This document shows, piece by piece, positions 30,359 to 40,342 of a stretch of 64,000 nt of DNA. A program made the translations under genes and the position numbers. Positions within the stretch are counted from its first letter, which is position 1; every line of letters starts with the position of its first letter. Source of the DNA: an archaeon (GTDB taxonomy: Archaea; Nanobdellota; Nanobdellia; Pacearchaeales; DTIR01); NCBI GenBank assembly GCA_043808285.1, contig JAZDFA010000015.1:46085-110084 (forward strand), written 5' to 3'. The notes below the pieces were generated by a model. The model saw nothing but the letters and a program-made list of their open reading frames with translations. It searched no databases and was not told where the DNA came from.

Positions 30359-31275
30359 AATTCTTGATTACTGGTGGTGCAGGATTTATAGGAAGCCATA
30401 TAGCAAGAGCGCTTATTTCTGAGAATAAATGCAAGCCTGAAGATATAACTGTTTTTGATAATCTTAGTGTTGGAAAGGAAGAGAACATCCCTAAAGGATG
30501 CAAGTTCATAAAAGGAGACTTGAAAAATAAAGAGGAGATTATGAATGCTCTTAAAGGGATAGATCTGATATTCCATAATGCTGCATTTGTTTCTATCCGG
30601 GGCAGTTTTGAAAAATTAAGAGAAGAAATAGACACCAATTGCTCCGGCACATTGAATGTTTTTGAAGCCTGTCTTAAAAATAAGGTGAAGAAGGTGGTTT
30701 TTGCATCCTCCATGGCAGTATATGGAGAGCCAATAAATCTGCCTGTGGATGAAAAACACCCCCTTAATACTATCTCTCCCTATGGGTTGAGTAAAATAAG
30801 AGGAGAGATGTACTGCAGGATATTTGAAGAGCAGGGAATAGACTATGTAATACTGAGATACTTCAATACCTATGGAACAAAGCAGACTCCTTCCCCCTAT
30901 GTGGGGGTTATAACTACTTTTATTAATCAGGCTATTGATAAAAAGCCAATTACAATTTATGGTGATGGCAATCAAACAAGAGATTTTATCTGGGTAGAAG
31001 ATATCGCAAAGGCAAACTTGCTTGCAGCCTTCTCTAAAAAAAATGGAGTCTATAATGTTGCAAGCGGAACTGAAATCTCAATAAACCAAATAGCAGAAAA
31101 GATAATAGAATCAATTGGAGGGGGGAAAGAATATCTTCCAAATCCGTTTGGAGAGATAACTAGAATAAAGGCGGACATCTCTCTCATAAAAAAAGATTTG
31201 GGTTTTAAGCCTGTTGGCAAGGTATTGGAAAAAATATCGGAATTAGTGGATTTCTGGAGAAAACAGAAGAAATAA
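30355..31275 (+). CDS. UDP-glucose 4-epimerase-like SDR
   Basis: MKFLITGGAGFIGSH, ASSMAVYG, SPYGLSK, GDGNQTRDF; ATGA overlap. Confidence 0.9.
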   Translation: MKFLITGGAGFIGSHIARALISENKCKPEDITVFDNLSVGKEENIPKGCKFIKGDLKNKEEIMNALKGIDLIFHNAAFVSIRGSFEKLREEIDTNCSGTLNVFEACLKNKVKKVVFASSMAVYGEPINLPVDEKHPLNTISPYGLSKIRGEMYCRIFEEQGIDYVILRYFNTYGTKQTPSPYVGVITTFINQAIDKKPITIYGDGNQTRDFIWVEDIAKANLLAAFSKKNGVYNVASGTEISINQIAEKIIESIGGGKEYLPNPFGEITRIKADISLIKKDLGFKPVGKVLEKISELVDFWRKQKK

Positions 31276-31280
31276 CCAAT

Positions 31281-32678
31281 ATGAAAGTTTTATTTATACT
31301 TCCAGAAATTGGCTCCTATATCTCAATGCACCCAGGTATCGGGCAACTTTCTTCAGTTCTAAAAAAAGCAGGGCATAAAACTGACTTAATAGAATTTGGA
31401 AAATATGATATAAATCAAGTTTTCAGCAAGATTGATTCATGGAAGCCAGAAATAATTGCAATTTCAATAAATACCCACATGTTTTCCTATACTAAAAGAA
31501 TAACTAAAGAGATAAAAAGCAAATATCCTAATATGAAGATATTTGTCGGGGGAGTTCATATGAAGTTGTCCCCCGAATCTATAAATGAGTTGGAAGTTGA
31601 TGGTGTCTGTATAGGTGATGGAGATAATAAATTTCTTGAACTTGTAAATAAGATAGCAAAAAAACAGAACTATCTTAAAACTGGGAATTTCTGGTTTAAG
31701 AAAGGAAAAAAGATAATAAAAAATCCAATAACAGACTTTGCAGAGGATTTGAATAAACTTCCCATACCAGATTACTCTATCTTTAAGGAATTCAAAAGAA
31801 ATGGCAAAGAGGTCATCCCCCATTTTATGTTCTCAAGAGGATGCCCATTTAATTGTACGTACTGCTGCAATAGTGCCTTAATAAAAAAATTTCCCAATCC
31901 CTCCAAGTATGTTAGGATGCTAAGTGTCAAAAGAGTCATGGAAATTATGGATTATTTCGAGAAAAATTATAAGTTTAACCATTTTGAGATAGATGATGAT
32001 ACTTTCTCCCTAAATAAAAAATGGATATTGGAATTCTGCAGGGAATTCAAGAAAGGGTTCAAGAAAACATTTGTATGCAATATAAGAGTTGAAACTGCAG
32101 ATGAAGAGATTCTGCAGTCATTAAAAGATGCTGGTTGTGTGTTGATAAAAGTGGGTGTTGAAACAGGCAATGAAAATCTCAGAAAGACAATACTTGGAAG
32201 ATTTATGAAAAATGAGCAGATAATCAAGGTTTTTGAAATAGCAAGAAGAATAGGATTGAAAACATGCACATTTAATATGATTGGTGTTCCGGGTGAAACA
32301 AAGCAGACAATATTAGACAGCATAGAACTTAACAAGAAATTAAAGCCAGACTACATGCAAGTATCTCTTTTCTATCCATATAAAAATACCCCGCTTTATA
32401 ACACATGCATAAGAAATCATTATATTAGGGAAAAAGTAAAAGAAGAGGCGTTCACAGATTATTTTAAAGACAGCATACTTAACCTTCCAACCATCTCAAG
32501 AAAAGAACTAATCCATTATAAGAAGTATTTTAAGTTCAACATTTACAGAAGTTATTCTATGGAAAAGGCGTTTGTCTCCCTTATTGTGGATAGCAAAATT
32601 TACAGATCATTAAGAGGCACTAAAATTCTTTCATTAATTAAAAAAATGAAAAATGCTGTAATACCAGAAAAGAGGTAA
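31281..32678 (+). CDS. B12-binding radical SAM protein
   Basis: GGVH, GDGD, SRGCPFNCTYC, GVETG, NMIGVPGET. Confidence 0.9.
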   Translation: MKVLFILPEIGSYISMHPGIGQLSSVLKKAGHKTDLIEFGKYDINQVFSKIDSWKPEIIAISINTHMFSYTKRITKEIKSKYPNMKIFVGGVHMKLSPESINELEVDGVCIGDGDNKFLELVNKIAKKQNYLKTGNFWFKKGKKIIKNPITDFAEDLNKLPIPDYSIFKEFKRNGKEVIPHFMFSRGCPFNCTYCCNSALIKKFPNPSKYVRMLSVKRVMEIMDYFEKNYKFNHFEIDDDTFSLNKKWILEFCREFKKGFKKTFVCNIRVETADEEILQSLKDAGCVLIKVGVETGNENLRKTILGRFMKNEQIIKVFEIARRIGLKTCTFNMIGVPGETKQTILDSIELNKKLKPDYMQVSLFYPYKNTPLYNTCIRNHYIREKVKEEAFTDYFKDSILNLPTISRKELIHYKKYFKFNIYRSYSMEKAFVSLIVDSKIYRSLRGTKILSLIKKMKNAVIPEKR

Positions 32679-32679
32679 A

Positions 32680-32924
32680 ATGAATAAAAGGCTCATAGTT
32701 ATAGGAATTGAGGGGCAGACCTAAGGATATATTGAAAAAGCTCTAAAATCTGGGAGAATGCCTACATTTGCAAGGTTAATTGAAAATGGAATCTATGGCA
32801 AATTAAAAAGCAATATTTTACTTATCCTTCGGAAGAAGTTAATAGAGTAATGATTACTGCAATAGACAATATAGCAGAAGGAGGTTATTATCTCCCAGAG
32901 ATAGAACAAGAAATAGAAAAATAG
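32680..32924 (+). pseudogene. Decayed alkaline phosphatase-superfamily (type I phosphodiesterase-like) gene
   Basis: MNKRLIVIGIEGQT*GYIEKALKSGRMPTFARLIENGIYGKLKS matches the IGLDGATW...G.MP.F..L...G..G.L.S N-terminus; stop at 32722 and remainder deleted. Confidence 0.7.
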
Positions 32925-32935
32925 TAATTTAAGAA

Positions 32936-33868
32936 TTATTTTTTTGTTCCAAGAACTGCAAAGCCTATTCTATCTTCCATCTTAAGTTCTGTTTTAAAGC
33001 CTTCTTTCCTAAACCATTCTTCTATCTCTGTTATTGTGTGCCTATGTACATACTCTGGAGAGAAATGGTCAAAAAGGCTCCACATAAATTCTTTCGTTGT
33101 TTTGTTGAATGCGGGCCTTCTTCCATTTCTAGTATTAATTTCTGCATACACCTTTGCAAAGGGTGCAAGAATCCAGCAGATAGCATAAATCATTGTTATG
33201 GGCAGCTTGTTTACAAATCCTCTTGATGCATAAATTAGAGATACTATCTTTGTATCATCTTTTCTATCCTTCCTGTATAGCCCAAGATAAAATTTTCCCC
33301 TCTTCTTTAATAATGGAAGCAGAGTCTTGAAGGCATTGTAAGTATTTGGCGTATGATGCAAGACTCCAAAAGAATAAATCATATCAAATGACCCTTTCTT
33401 AAATGGAGCCCTATCAATATTTCCCCTAACATACTGCGCAGAATCTGGAATTTTACTAAGATTATTCTTCCTATTAGAGTACATCATTATACTAGTGCTC
33501 ATATCCAGTCCTACTGCTAATCCCCTTTTTCCAACTAGTTCTGAAACAGCCATTTCAAGGTAGCCTCTTCCACAGCCTGCTTCAAGGGTATATTTTCCTT
33601 TCATCTTTTCTTTAGTTGTATTAAAATCATTTAAGAAAAGCTTTCTTACATTATCCATATCTGGAATGCCTTCTTTTTTCATTATCCCCCATTCTTTACT
33701 GAAGCTTAGTTCAGTTTTCTTGTATCTCTCTATTTGGGGGATAAGATTAGGTATTCCATCAACTACTAGAAACATATGCCCCTCCCCGCAAGTTATAGTC
33801 TTGCCCGAATACCTAAAACTGCTCTTGCATAAAGGGCAGCTCAAAATTCCTAACAACTTATCATTCAT
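32936..33868 (-). CDS. Trm112-like zinc knuckle fused to class I methyltransferase
   Basis: LSCPLCK..C..GH.F.VVDGIP; LEAGCGRG; SFGVLHHTP. Confidence 0.85.
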   Translation of the reverse strand: MNDKLLGILSCPLCKSSFRYSGKTITCGEGHMFLVVDGIPNLIPQIERYKKTELSFSKEWGIMKKEGIPDMDNVRKLFLNDFNTTKEKMKGKYTLEAGCGRGYLEMAVSELVGKRGLAVGLDMSTSIMMYSNRKNNLSKIPDSAQYVRGNIDRAPFKKGSFDMIYSFGVLHHTPNTYNAFKTLLPLLKKRGKFYLGLYRKDRKDDTKIVSLIYASRGFVNKLPITMIYAICWILAPFAKVYAEINTRNGRRPAFNKTTKEFMWSLFDHFSPEYVHRHTITEIEEWFRKEGFKTELKMEDRIGFAVLGTKK

Positions 33869-33942
33869 TTTATAGTCGAATGATAAAAAAAAATTTTATT
33901 TATATATTTTTCTATCTAACCCCATTAGAGGAGAACAAAAAA

Positions 33943-35469
33943 CTAGATCTTATCAATAGATTTCTTCCTTAGTATCAAAAGTTTAAGCAGTTTAATGTCT
34001 TCTCTATTAATCCCTTTAATAAAAATTAATACTGTAAAATATAAAATTGCCCCTATAACAATTGCTATAGTACTAAATAAAATGGAAAGCGGCTGAATAT
34101 TGGAGATAATTATCATGGGAATTACCATGATAATGCTTGCAAAAATAGGCTTCAAAATCAAAGACATCCTGACCCCCACATTAAGTTCCCTCTTTGAAAT
34201 TATTGCCAATGAAAAAACATAAAAATATCTACTTATAAATGCAGCAATTGCGGCCCCTAAAGCGCCATATATCGGTTTTATTGAACTTAGCCATTTTATA
34301 AAAATAAAATTAAGGAGTATACTGATAATTGCAGTAACCAAGGTTATCTTTGCAACGTATTGCGGTTTTCCTTTAGATATAAGAATTGTATTGAAAAAAA
34401 CCCCAGTTACCATCTCAACAATTAAAAAAGAGAGGATGTAAAGAGGTATTATTGCTGCGAGGTATTCAGTTCCGAAAAGATATATTATAAATGGTTTCAC
34501 AACAAAAATCAATCCAATTGCAGAAGGTATTGATATGATTGCAGAATAATAAACAAACTTTTCAAAAAATTTAGCGAGTTTTTTCCCCCTAAGTTGTGCA
34601 AAAACTGGGAAGCTTACTTGAGCAAAGGACATTAGTGCAGCTATACCTGTAACTATGTTTAATGCAACCTGATAAAATCCCACCACAGAAGTATCTGAAA
34701 TCAAGGCACCAAGCATTACAGTGTCTACATGTAAGAAAAATGTGGTTGAAATACCTGCAATAGAAGTGAAAAAAAGAAATTTCATCAACCTCTTTTTATC
34801 TATTTCTACAGTTTCTCCATGCAATAAGAAAGGATATTTCTTTTTTGTAATTATGAATAAAAAAACAAGGGAAAATGAAGATGAAAGAATCAATGCAAAA
34901 AGAATAGATTCAACCCTGTATTTTAGTATACCGATGAATAAAGAAACTAATAGTATCCTAGAAACTTGGAAAATGGCTTCTGAGGCAAAAACATACTTTA
35001 TCTTTTTTACAGAATATGCGAAATAAAGAAAACTTGTAAGAAGCGAAGTTACAAAAAGGTAGAGTGCTCCAATTTGCAATGACAAGCTTATGTAAGGCTT
35101 ATTAAGTATGTTCTCTGAGATAACTCTTGAAAGCAGGAAAAGCGCTATAGCCAAAAATCCTGCTACAAATATCTTCATTAAAAGGCAAAATTTGAAATAA
35201 CTTCTTGCCCTTACTTTGTTATTCTTTCCAAGCTCTTCTGAAACATATTTTAATGAAGTGAGATTGATGCCATACTCTATTAATCCCAGCAGAAGTAATA
35301 TGACGCTTAATGCTAAGGCGTACTGCCCAAATAATTCTGGCAGAAGCAATCTTGCCATCACTATTGTGAATATCAATCCTCCTGCTTTTGTGACTATATT
35401 AAAAAAGAAATTCCAGAAAGTATTCTTTAGTGTGCTCTGCCCTAGATTCTCTTTACCTATTTTTGCCAT
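33943..35469 (-). CDS. Oligosaccharide flippase (Wzx/MOP superfamily)
   Basis: KNTFWNF, ARLL.PE.FGQY, DTVMLG, VGFY, GAAIA; many TM segments. Confidence 0.88.
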   Translation of the reverse strand: MAKIGKENLGQSTLKNTFWNFFFNIVTKAGGLIFTIVMARLLLPELFGQYALALSVILLLLGLIEYGINLTSLKYVSEELGKNNKVRARSYFKFCLLMKIFVAGFLAIALFLLSRVISENILNKPYISLSLQIGALYLFVTSLLTSFLYFAYSVKKIKYVFASEAIFQVSRILLVSLFIGILKYRVESILFALILSSSFSLVFLFIITKKKYPFLLHGETVEIDKKRLMKFLFFTSIAGISTTFFLHVDTVMLGALISDTSVVGFYQVALNIVTGIAALMSFAQVSFPVFAQLRGKKLAKFFEKFVYYSAIISIPSAIGLIFVVKPFIIYLFGTEYLAAIIPLYILSFLIVEMVTGVFFNTILISKGKPQYVAKITLVTAIISILLNFIFIKWLSSIKPIYGALGAAIAAFISRYFYVFSLAIISKRELNVGVRMSLILKPIFASIIMVIPMIIISNIQPLSILFSTIAIVIGAILYFTVLIFIKGINREDIKLLKLLILRKKSIDKI

Positions 35470-35471
35470 GA

Positions 35472-36401
35472 TTAATCTTCCTTTCGGTAGTATTCAATAG
35501 TTTCCTTTAAACCTTGTTCAAGAGAGATTGTTGGCTGCCATTCAAGATATTTTTTTGCTTTTGTTATATCTGGGCATCTCCTCTCAGGATCATCAGCTGG
35601 GAGGTTCTTGAAAGAAAGCTGAGATTCAGAATGCAATAACTCCAACACTTTTTTTGCAAGATCTACAATAGTTCTCTCATCAGGATTTCCAAGGTTGATT
35701 ACTTTTCCTTTTAAATTACTTGTGAACATCAGCTTCATCAATCCCTCCACCATGTCAGATACGTAACAACAACTTCTTGTTTGTTTTCCATCACCATAAA
35801 TTGTTATTTCCTTTCCCCCTAATGCCTGATTTATGAAGTTAGAAACAACTCTCCCATCATCCCTTTGCATTCTTGGGCCATAGGTATTGAATATTCTTGC
35901 TATCCTTAAGTCAATATTATACTTCCTCATATAGGCCATACACAATGCTTCTCCGAATCTCTTACTTTCGTCATACATTGAACGAATCCCATTAGGATTT
36001 ACATTCCCAAAATATTCTTCTGTTTGTGGATGCTGTAAGGGATTTCCATAAACCTCGCTTGTAGAAGTAAAAAGAAACCTTGCATTGTTCTTTCTTGCGA
36101 TCTCTAGCAAATTAAGTGTTCCAACAGAATTGGCCAGTAATGTTTCAATAGGCATGTTCTGATAATCTTTTGGAGAAGCAGGACTAGCCATATGAAGAAC
36201 AAAATTCAATTTTTCATCCAAATCGAATAGTTTAGTTATATCCTGTTGTAAAAAATTAAAGTTATTTTGTATGTGCTCTATGTTCTTTTTTCTTCCAGTG
36301 CAAAGATTATCTACGCATATGACCTCATATTTCTTAGATAATTTTTCGCAGATCCAAGAACCAATAAATCCTGCCCCTCCAGCAACCAAAACCCTTTCCA
36401 T
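35472..36401 (-). CDS. UDP-glucuronate decarboxylase (UDP-xylose synthase)
   Basis: HMASPASP, TSTSEVYG, YFGNVNP, YDESKR, DDGRVVSNF, DDPERR.PDI. Confidence 0.9.
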   Translation of the reverse strand: MERVLVAGGAGFIGSWICEKLSKKYEVICVDNLCTGRKKNIEHIQNNFNFLQQDITKLFDLDEKLNFVLHMASPASPKDYQNMPIETLLANSVGTLNLLEIARKNNARFLFTSTSEVYGNPLQHPQTEEYFGNVNPNGIRSMYDESKRFGEALCMAYMRKYNIDLRIARIFNTYGPRMQRDDGRVVSNFINQALGGKEITIYGDGKQTRSCCYVSDMVEGLMKLMFTSNLKGKVINLGNPDERTIVDLAKKVLELLHSESQLSFKNLPADDPERRCPDITKAKKYLEWQPTISLEQGLKETIEYYRKED

Positions 36402-36403
36402 GA

Positions 36404-37693
36404 TTATCTCCCCACCGAGAGGTACTTAAAACCTAATTTTTTCATTCTTTCTTTATTGAAAATATTTCTGCCGTCTATTATTATATTTCCTTTAAGCTTT
36501 TCTTTTATTACAGTTAAATCTAAATCCTTAAATTCCGGCCAGTCAGTAAGGATAACTAAAGCGTCTGCATCTTTTGCAGCATCATAAGGATTCTTGCAAT
36601 ATTCTATATCCTTAAATATACCTTTTGCAACTTCCATTGCCTTAGGATCATATGCTTTAATTATTGCCCCTCTTTCTTTCATCTTCTCGATTATTTCAAT
36701 TGAAGGTGCTAGTCTCATATCATCTGTATTGGCTTTGAACGCCAATCCCAAAATAGCCACCTTTTTTCCCTTCAAAGTACCTAGGGATTTTTCTATTTTA
36801 AAAACAAAATGCTTTCTCATATTCTTATTTATTTTTTGCACTTGTTCAAATAATCCAGAATTAATCGAGTTCTTCCTTAATATATGAATTAATGCGTCTA
36901 GGTCTTTTGGAAAACAAAATCCTCCATAGCCTATTCCTGCTTTCAAAAAGTTAGTTCCAATTCTTTTATCCATTCCTACCCCTTTTGCAACAGTCTCTAT
37001 ATCTGCATTTGTCTTCTCGCAGAGTAATGCAATTAAATTTATTGTTGAAATCTTCTGTGCAAGCATTGCATTGCTTAGATGTTTTATCAATTCTGCAGAA
37101 TTTATGTCCGTAAATAATATGGGGGCATTAAGTGGTTTATAGATCTCTGAAAGCAAAGAGTACGCTCTTGAATTCTCAGCACCTATCACTATCCTGTCTG
37201 GATTCATGAAATCATAAACTGCAGAGCCCTCTCTTAAAAACTCTGGATTTACTGCTATATCAAACTCTGATTTCATGTTTGAAATTATGCTTTTAAGCCA
37301 CTTCGCAGTCTGTACAGGAACTGTGCTTTTTTCCACTATGACTTTGTATTTATCTGAAACAGATGCGATTTCTTTTGCAACATTGCCCACTGCACTTAAG
37401 TCTGGCTCTCCATTCTCTTTTGGAGGAGTGCCAACGCATATGAATATAATCTCTGATTCTCTTGCTGCTTTTTTTATGTCAGTTGTGAAAAAAAGTCTTC
37501 CTTCCTTGTAATTTCGCTTTACTAAATTATCTAATCCTGGCTCATATATTGGAATTTTATTATTTGTCAAATCTGAAATTTTTTCTTTGTTGTTATCAAC
37601 ACAAATTACTTTGTTTCCCAATTCTGCAAAACACGCCCCAGTAACCAACCCGACATATCCTGAACCTATAACTGCAATATTTCTAGAGGCCAT
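36404..37693 (-). CDS. ugd: UDP-glucose 6-dehydrogenase
   Basis: GSGYVGL, ICVGTP, EKSTVP, NPEFLREG, GYGGFCFPKD, DGRN. Confidence 0.93.
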   Translation of the reverse strand: MASRNIAVIGSGYVGLVTGACFAELGNKVICVDNNKEKISDLTNNKIPIYEPGLDNLVKRNYKEGRLFFTTDIKKAARESEIIFICVGTPPKENGEPDLSAVGNVAKEIASVSDKYKVIVEKSTVPVQTAKWLKSIISNMKSEFDIAVNPEFLREGSAVYDFMNPDRIVIGAENSRAYSLLSEIYKPLNAPILFTDINSAELIKHLSNAMLAQKISTINLIALLCEKTNADIETVAKGVGMDKRIGTNFLKAGIGYGGFCFPKDLDALIHILRKNSINSGLFEQVQKINKNMRKHFVFKIEKSLGTLKGKKVAILGLAFKANTDDMRLAPSIEIIEKMKERGAIIKAYDPKAMEVAKGIFKDIEYCKNPYDAAKDADALVILTDWPEFKDLDLTVIKEKLKGNIIIDGRNIFNKERMKKLGFKYLSVGR

Positions 37694-37699
37694 AAAAAA

Positions 37700-39418
37700 T
37701 TATTTCTCCTGCATCTGTTTTATAATATCAGCAAATGCTGGCCTTGTTATAAAAACTCCCAGGCTTATGCCTATAAATGTGGTTATTGCAAATCCCCTTA
37801 ATAGCCCAGCTCCTGCCCAAAACAATGGGAGCAATGACGCAACAACAGTAGAATATGCCCCAAATATTATTATCATTGCCCTCTTTAATCTCTCCTTAAT
37901 TCCAGACTCTTTGCCCTCCATTCTGGATTCATCTACTATTACTATTTGATCGTCTACTCCTGTTCCTATTGCTGCTATTATCCCTGCAATGCTAGCCAAA
38001 TCAAGATTCCATTTTATTAATGCTGCAAGACCTAGAGTCATTATAACCTCTGAGGTCATTGTCCCAAATATCAAAAAACATATTTTCAAATTCTTGAACC
38101 TGAAGTATAATACTGCAAAAACTCCCCCAAATGCTAAAGCTGCAGCAACAAATATTGCTCTTAAAAATTCTCCGCCCAACAAGGGAGAGATTGAATCTAG
38201 TTTAACAATTTCTAGTTTGAATGGAAGACTCCCAGTAATAAGAACTGTTTGAAGCTTGTTCATAGATTTTGATGCTGCTTCATAGGCTTCTTCTCTTGTT
38301 TTTCCAACTCCTGACCCCTGAACTTGTACTTGAGTTGTAATCTTTCCCCTTAAGTCTTCAGAAATAAGCAAAGAGTCTGCAAGCTTATCATCTAGATATA
38401 GGTTAAGTTTTTTATTCAAATATGTTCCTTGTTCTGTGGTATTCACAGATAAAATCTTTGTTATTTCTGCATGTTTTTTGGCAGATTCTTCACTTAGATA
38501 AACAACAAACCTAAATCTGCAAGCGTATCCATCTTGAATTTCCAAGCAGGAATCTATGCCCGCACATGTCGCATCATTTCTGCAAACAGATGTTATATCC
38601 TTCTTGCCCCCAATAAATGCAGTCTCATTGCCTATCCTTGCTTCAAATTTTCCCTGCTGACCAATTAATTCCTTCAAATCTTTAGGAGTTGCTCCTGCAA
38701 CCTCTACTAACATGTATGTATTGCCGCTCAAATCATTTGCAGCCCTTACACTTACATCACTAATACCATAAACATTAAGTCTGTAACTTGAAATTGAGAT
38801 GAGGTCTGCAAGTTCTTTTTGAGTGAGCTTTCTTTCTGGTTTTACTAACCCTCTTGCCCCACCCTGCAGATCTAATCCTGTCTTTACTTTAGTCCTTGGA
38901 ACTTCCCCCACCCCTATATCTAGAGGAGAATTGAGTATAAGCTGATAAGACTTCTTGTTAGTCTTTATGCTTAATTTTACTTTTGTTTCAATTAAATTTT
39001 TTGAAGTATAAAAGTCAAAATCATTTTTTAATTCTATGTCATTTATCTTTACTAATGTCATATTCTCTGCTATACCCGATTCCTTAGCCTCTCCCTCTGA
39101 AGAGATAATCGTGAGATTGTCTACTTCGAATCCTAATGTTGTACTATTGTAGCTAAAATTGCCCTCTTTAGTCACCACATAAAATGTTTGCAATGGAATC
39201 TCTATTGCCGATACAATCTTGGTGTAATCTTGCATATTTTTTATTGCCTTGCCGTCTATTTCTTTGATTATCTCCCCTTTTTGCATTCCTGCAATTGATG
39301 CAGAAGAATTTTCATTCAATGTTTTGATTATTACACCTGTTTCAAAATTTGGAGAGATTGCGATTAGCATTACTATAAAAGTGAATGCAAAAACCCATAA
39401 TCTAAAAGTCATTTTCAT
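37700..39418 (-). CDS. secD: Protein translocase subunit SecD with PDZ-like insert
   Basis: GLDLQGG, GSLP..L, GTGVDD, LRGFAITT; N-terminal SSASIAGMQKGEIIKEIDG PDZ-like segment. Confidence 0.9.
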   Translation of the reverse strand: MKMTFRLWVFAFTFIVMLIAISPNFETGVIIKTLNENSSASIAGMQKGEIIKEIDGKAIKNMQDYTKIVSAIEIPLQTFYVVTKEGNFSYNSTTLGFEVDNLTIISSEGEAKESGIAENMTLVKINDIELKNDFDFYTSKNLIETKVKLSIKTNKKSYQLILNSPLDIGVGEVPRTKVKTGLDLQGGARGLVKPERKLTQKELADLISISSYRLNVYGISDVSVRAANDLSGNTYMLVEVAGATPKDLKELIGQQGKFEARIGNETAFIGGKKDITSVCRNDATCAGIDSCLEIQDGYACRFRFVVYLSEESAKKHAEITKILSVNTTEQGTYLNKKLNLYLDDKLADSLLISEDLRGKITTQVQVQGSGVGKTREEAYEAASKSMNKLQTVLITGSLPFKLEIVKLDSISPLLGGEFLRAIFVAAALAFGGVFAVLYFRFKNLKICFLIFGTMTSEVIMTLGLAALIKWNLDLASIAGIIAAIGTGVDDQIVIVDESRMEGKESGIKERLKRAMIIIFGAYSTVVASLLPLFWAGAGLLRGFAITTFIGISLGVFITRPAFADIIKQMQEK

Positions 39419-40341
39419 TTTTTCTTATACCACTCCACGGTTTTCTTCAATCCTTCTTAAACATTAGTCTTAGGACTCCACCCAAGAATATTTTTTGCCT
39501 TGTCATAATTTAGAATCATCCTTCTTACTTCTCCTTTTCTGGGCTTGCTATGCAAAACTCCCCCAGCATAACCTGTTGTCTTCTTCAAAAAATGATAGAT
39601 AGTATTAACGCTTGTAGAGGTGCATGAAGAGATATTAAATGCCTGATTAACCCCCTTAACAGATTCTATCGCAGAGATATTTGCATCAACAACATCACCT
39701 ACAAAAACAAAATCTCTTTCCTGCAAGCCATCCCCGTAAATAGCGGGGGCTATATTTGCAAGCATTTTTGTTGTAAAAATAGAAACTACTCCTGCTTCTC
39801 CTTCTGCATTCTGCCTAGGACCAAATACATTAGCATATCTTAAACAAACATAATTTAACCCGTATGTTTTGTTGTAAAAATCAAGGTATATTTCTCCAAA
39901 TAATTTATTTATCCCATATGGGCTTTTTGGTTTTATCTGGCTTGTTTCATATGCAGGAATTTTATTTTCAGAATATAGTGCCCCCCCTGTTGAAGCAAAA
40001 ACCACTTTTTCAACTTTGTATTTCCTGCAGCATTCCAAAAGATTAATCATCCCTATCACATTTGTCTCTATATCTTTTATGGGGTTGTCAACAGATTCTC
40101 TTAAGTCTATATGGGCAGCATGATGATTCACAAAATTTGGCTGTTCTTTCTGGAATATTCTTTCTAAATCCTTGCTCTTTATATCTACCTTGTAGAATCT
40201 TGCTTTCTTGTTGACATTTTCAAGCTTTCCGGTTGAAAGATTGTCTACTACTGCAACATCAAATCCGCCCTCGATTAGTGCATCAACTATATGGCTCCCT
40301 ATAAAGCCAGCACCCCCAGTTACTAATACTTTCTTTTTCAT
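39415..40341 (-). CDS. UDP-glucose 4-epimerase-like SDR with premature TAA at 39457-39459 (14 codons early)
   Basis: VTGGAGFIGSH, ASTGGALY, SPYGINK; frame continues EGLKKTVEWYKKK* to a TGA overlapping the secD ATG. Confidence 0.85.
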
Positions 40342-40342
40342 T

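Noticed and set aside
32722..39459. TAA stop-codon reassignment suggested by two in-frame TAAs
   Set aside because: They replace different expected residues (Trp and Glu), and TAA ends many conserved genes at their normal C-termini.
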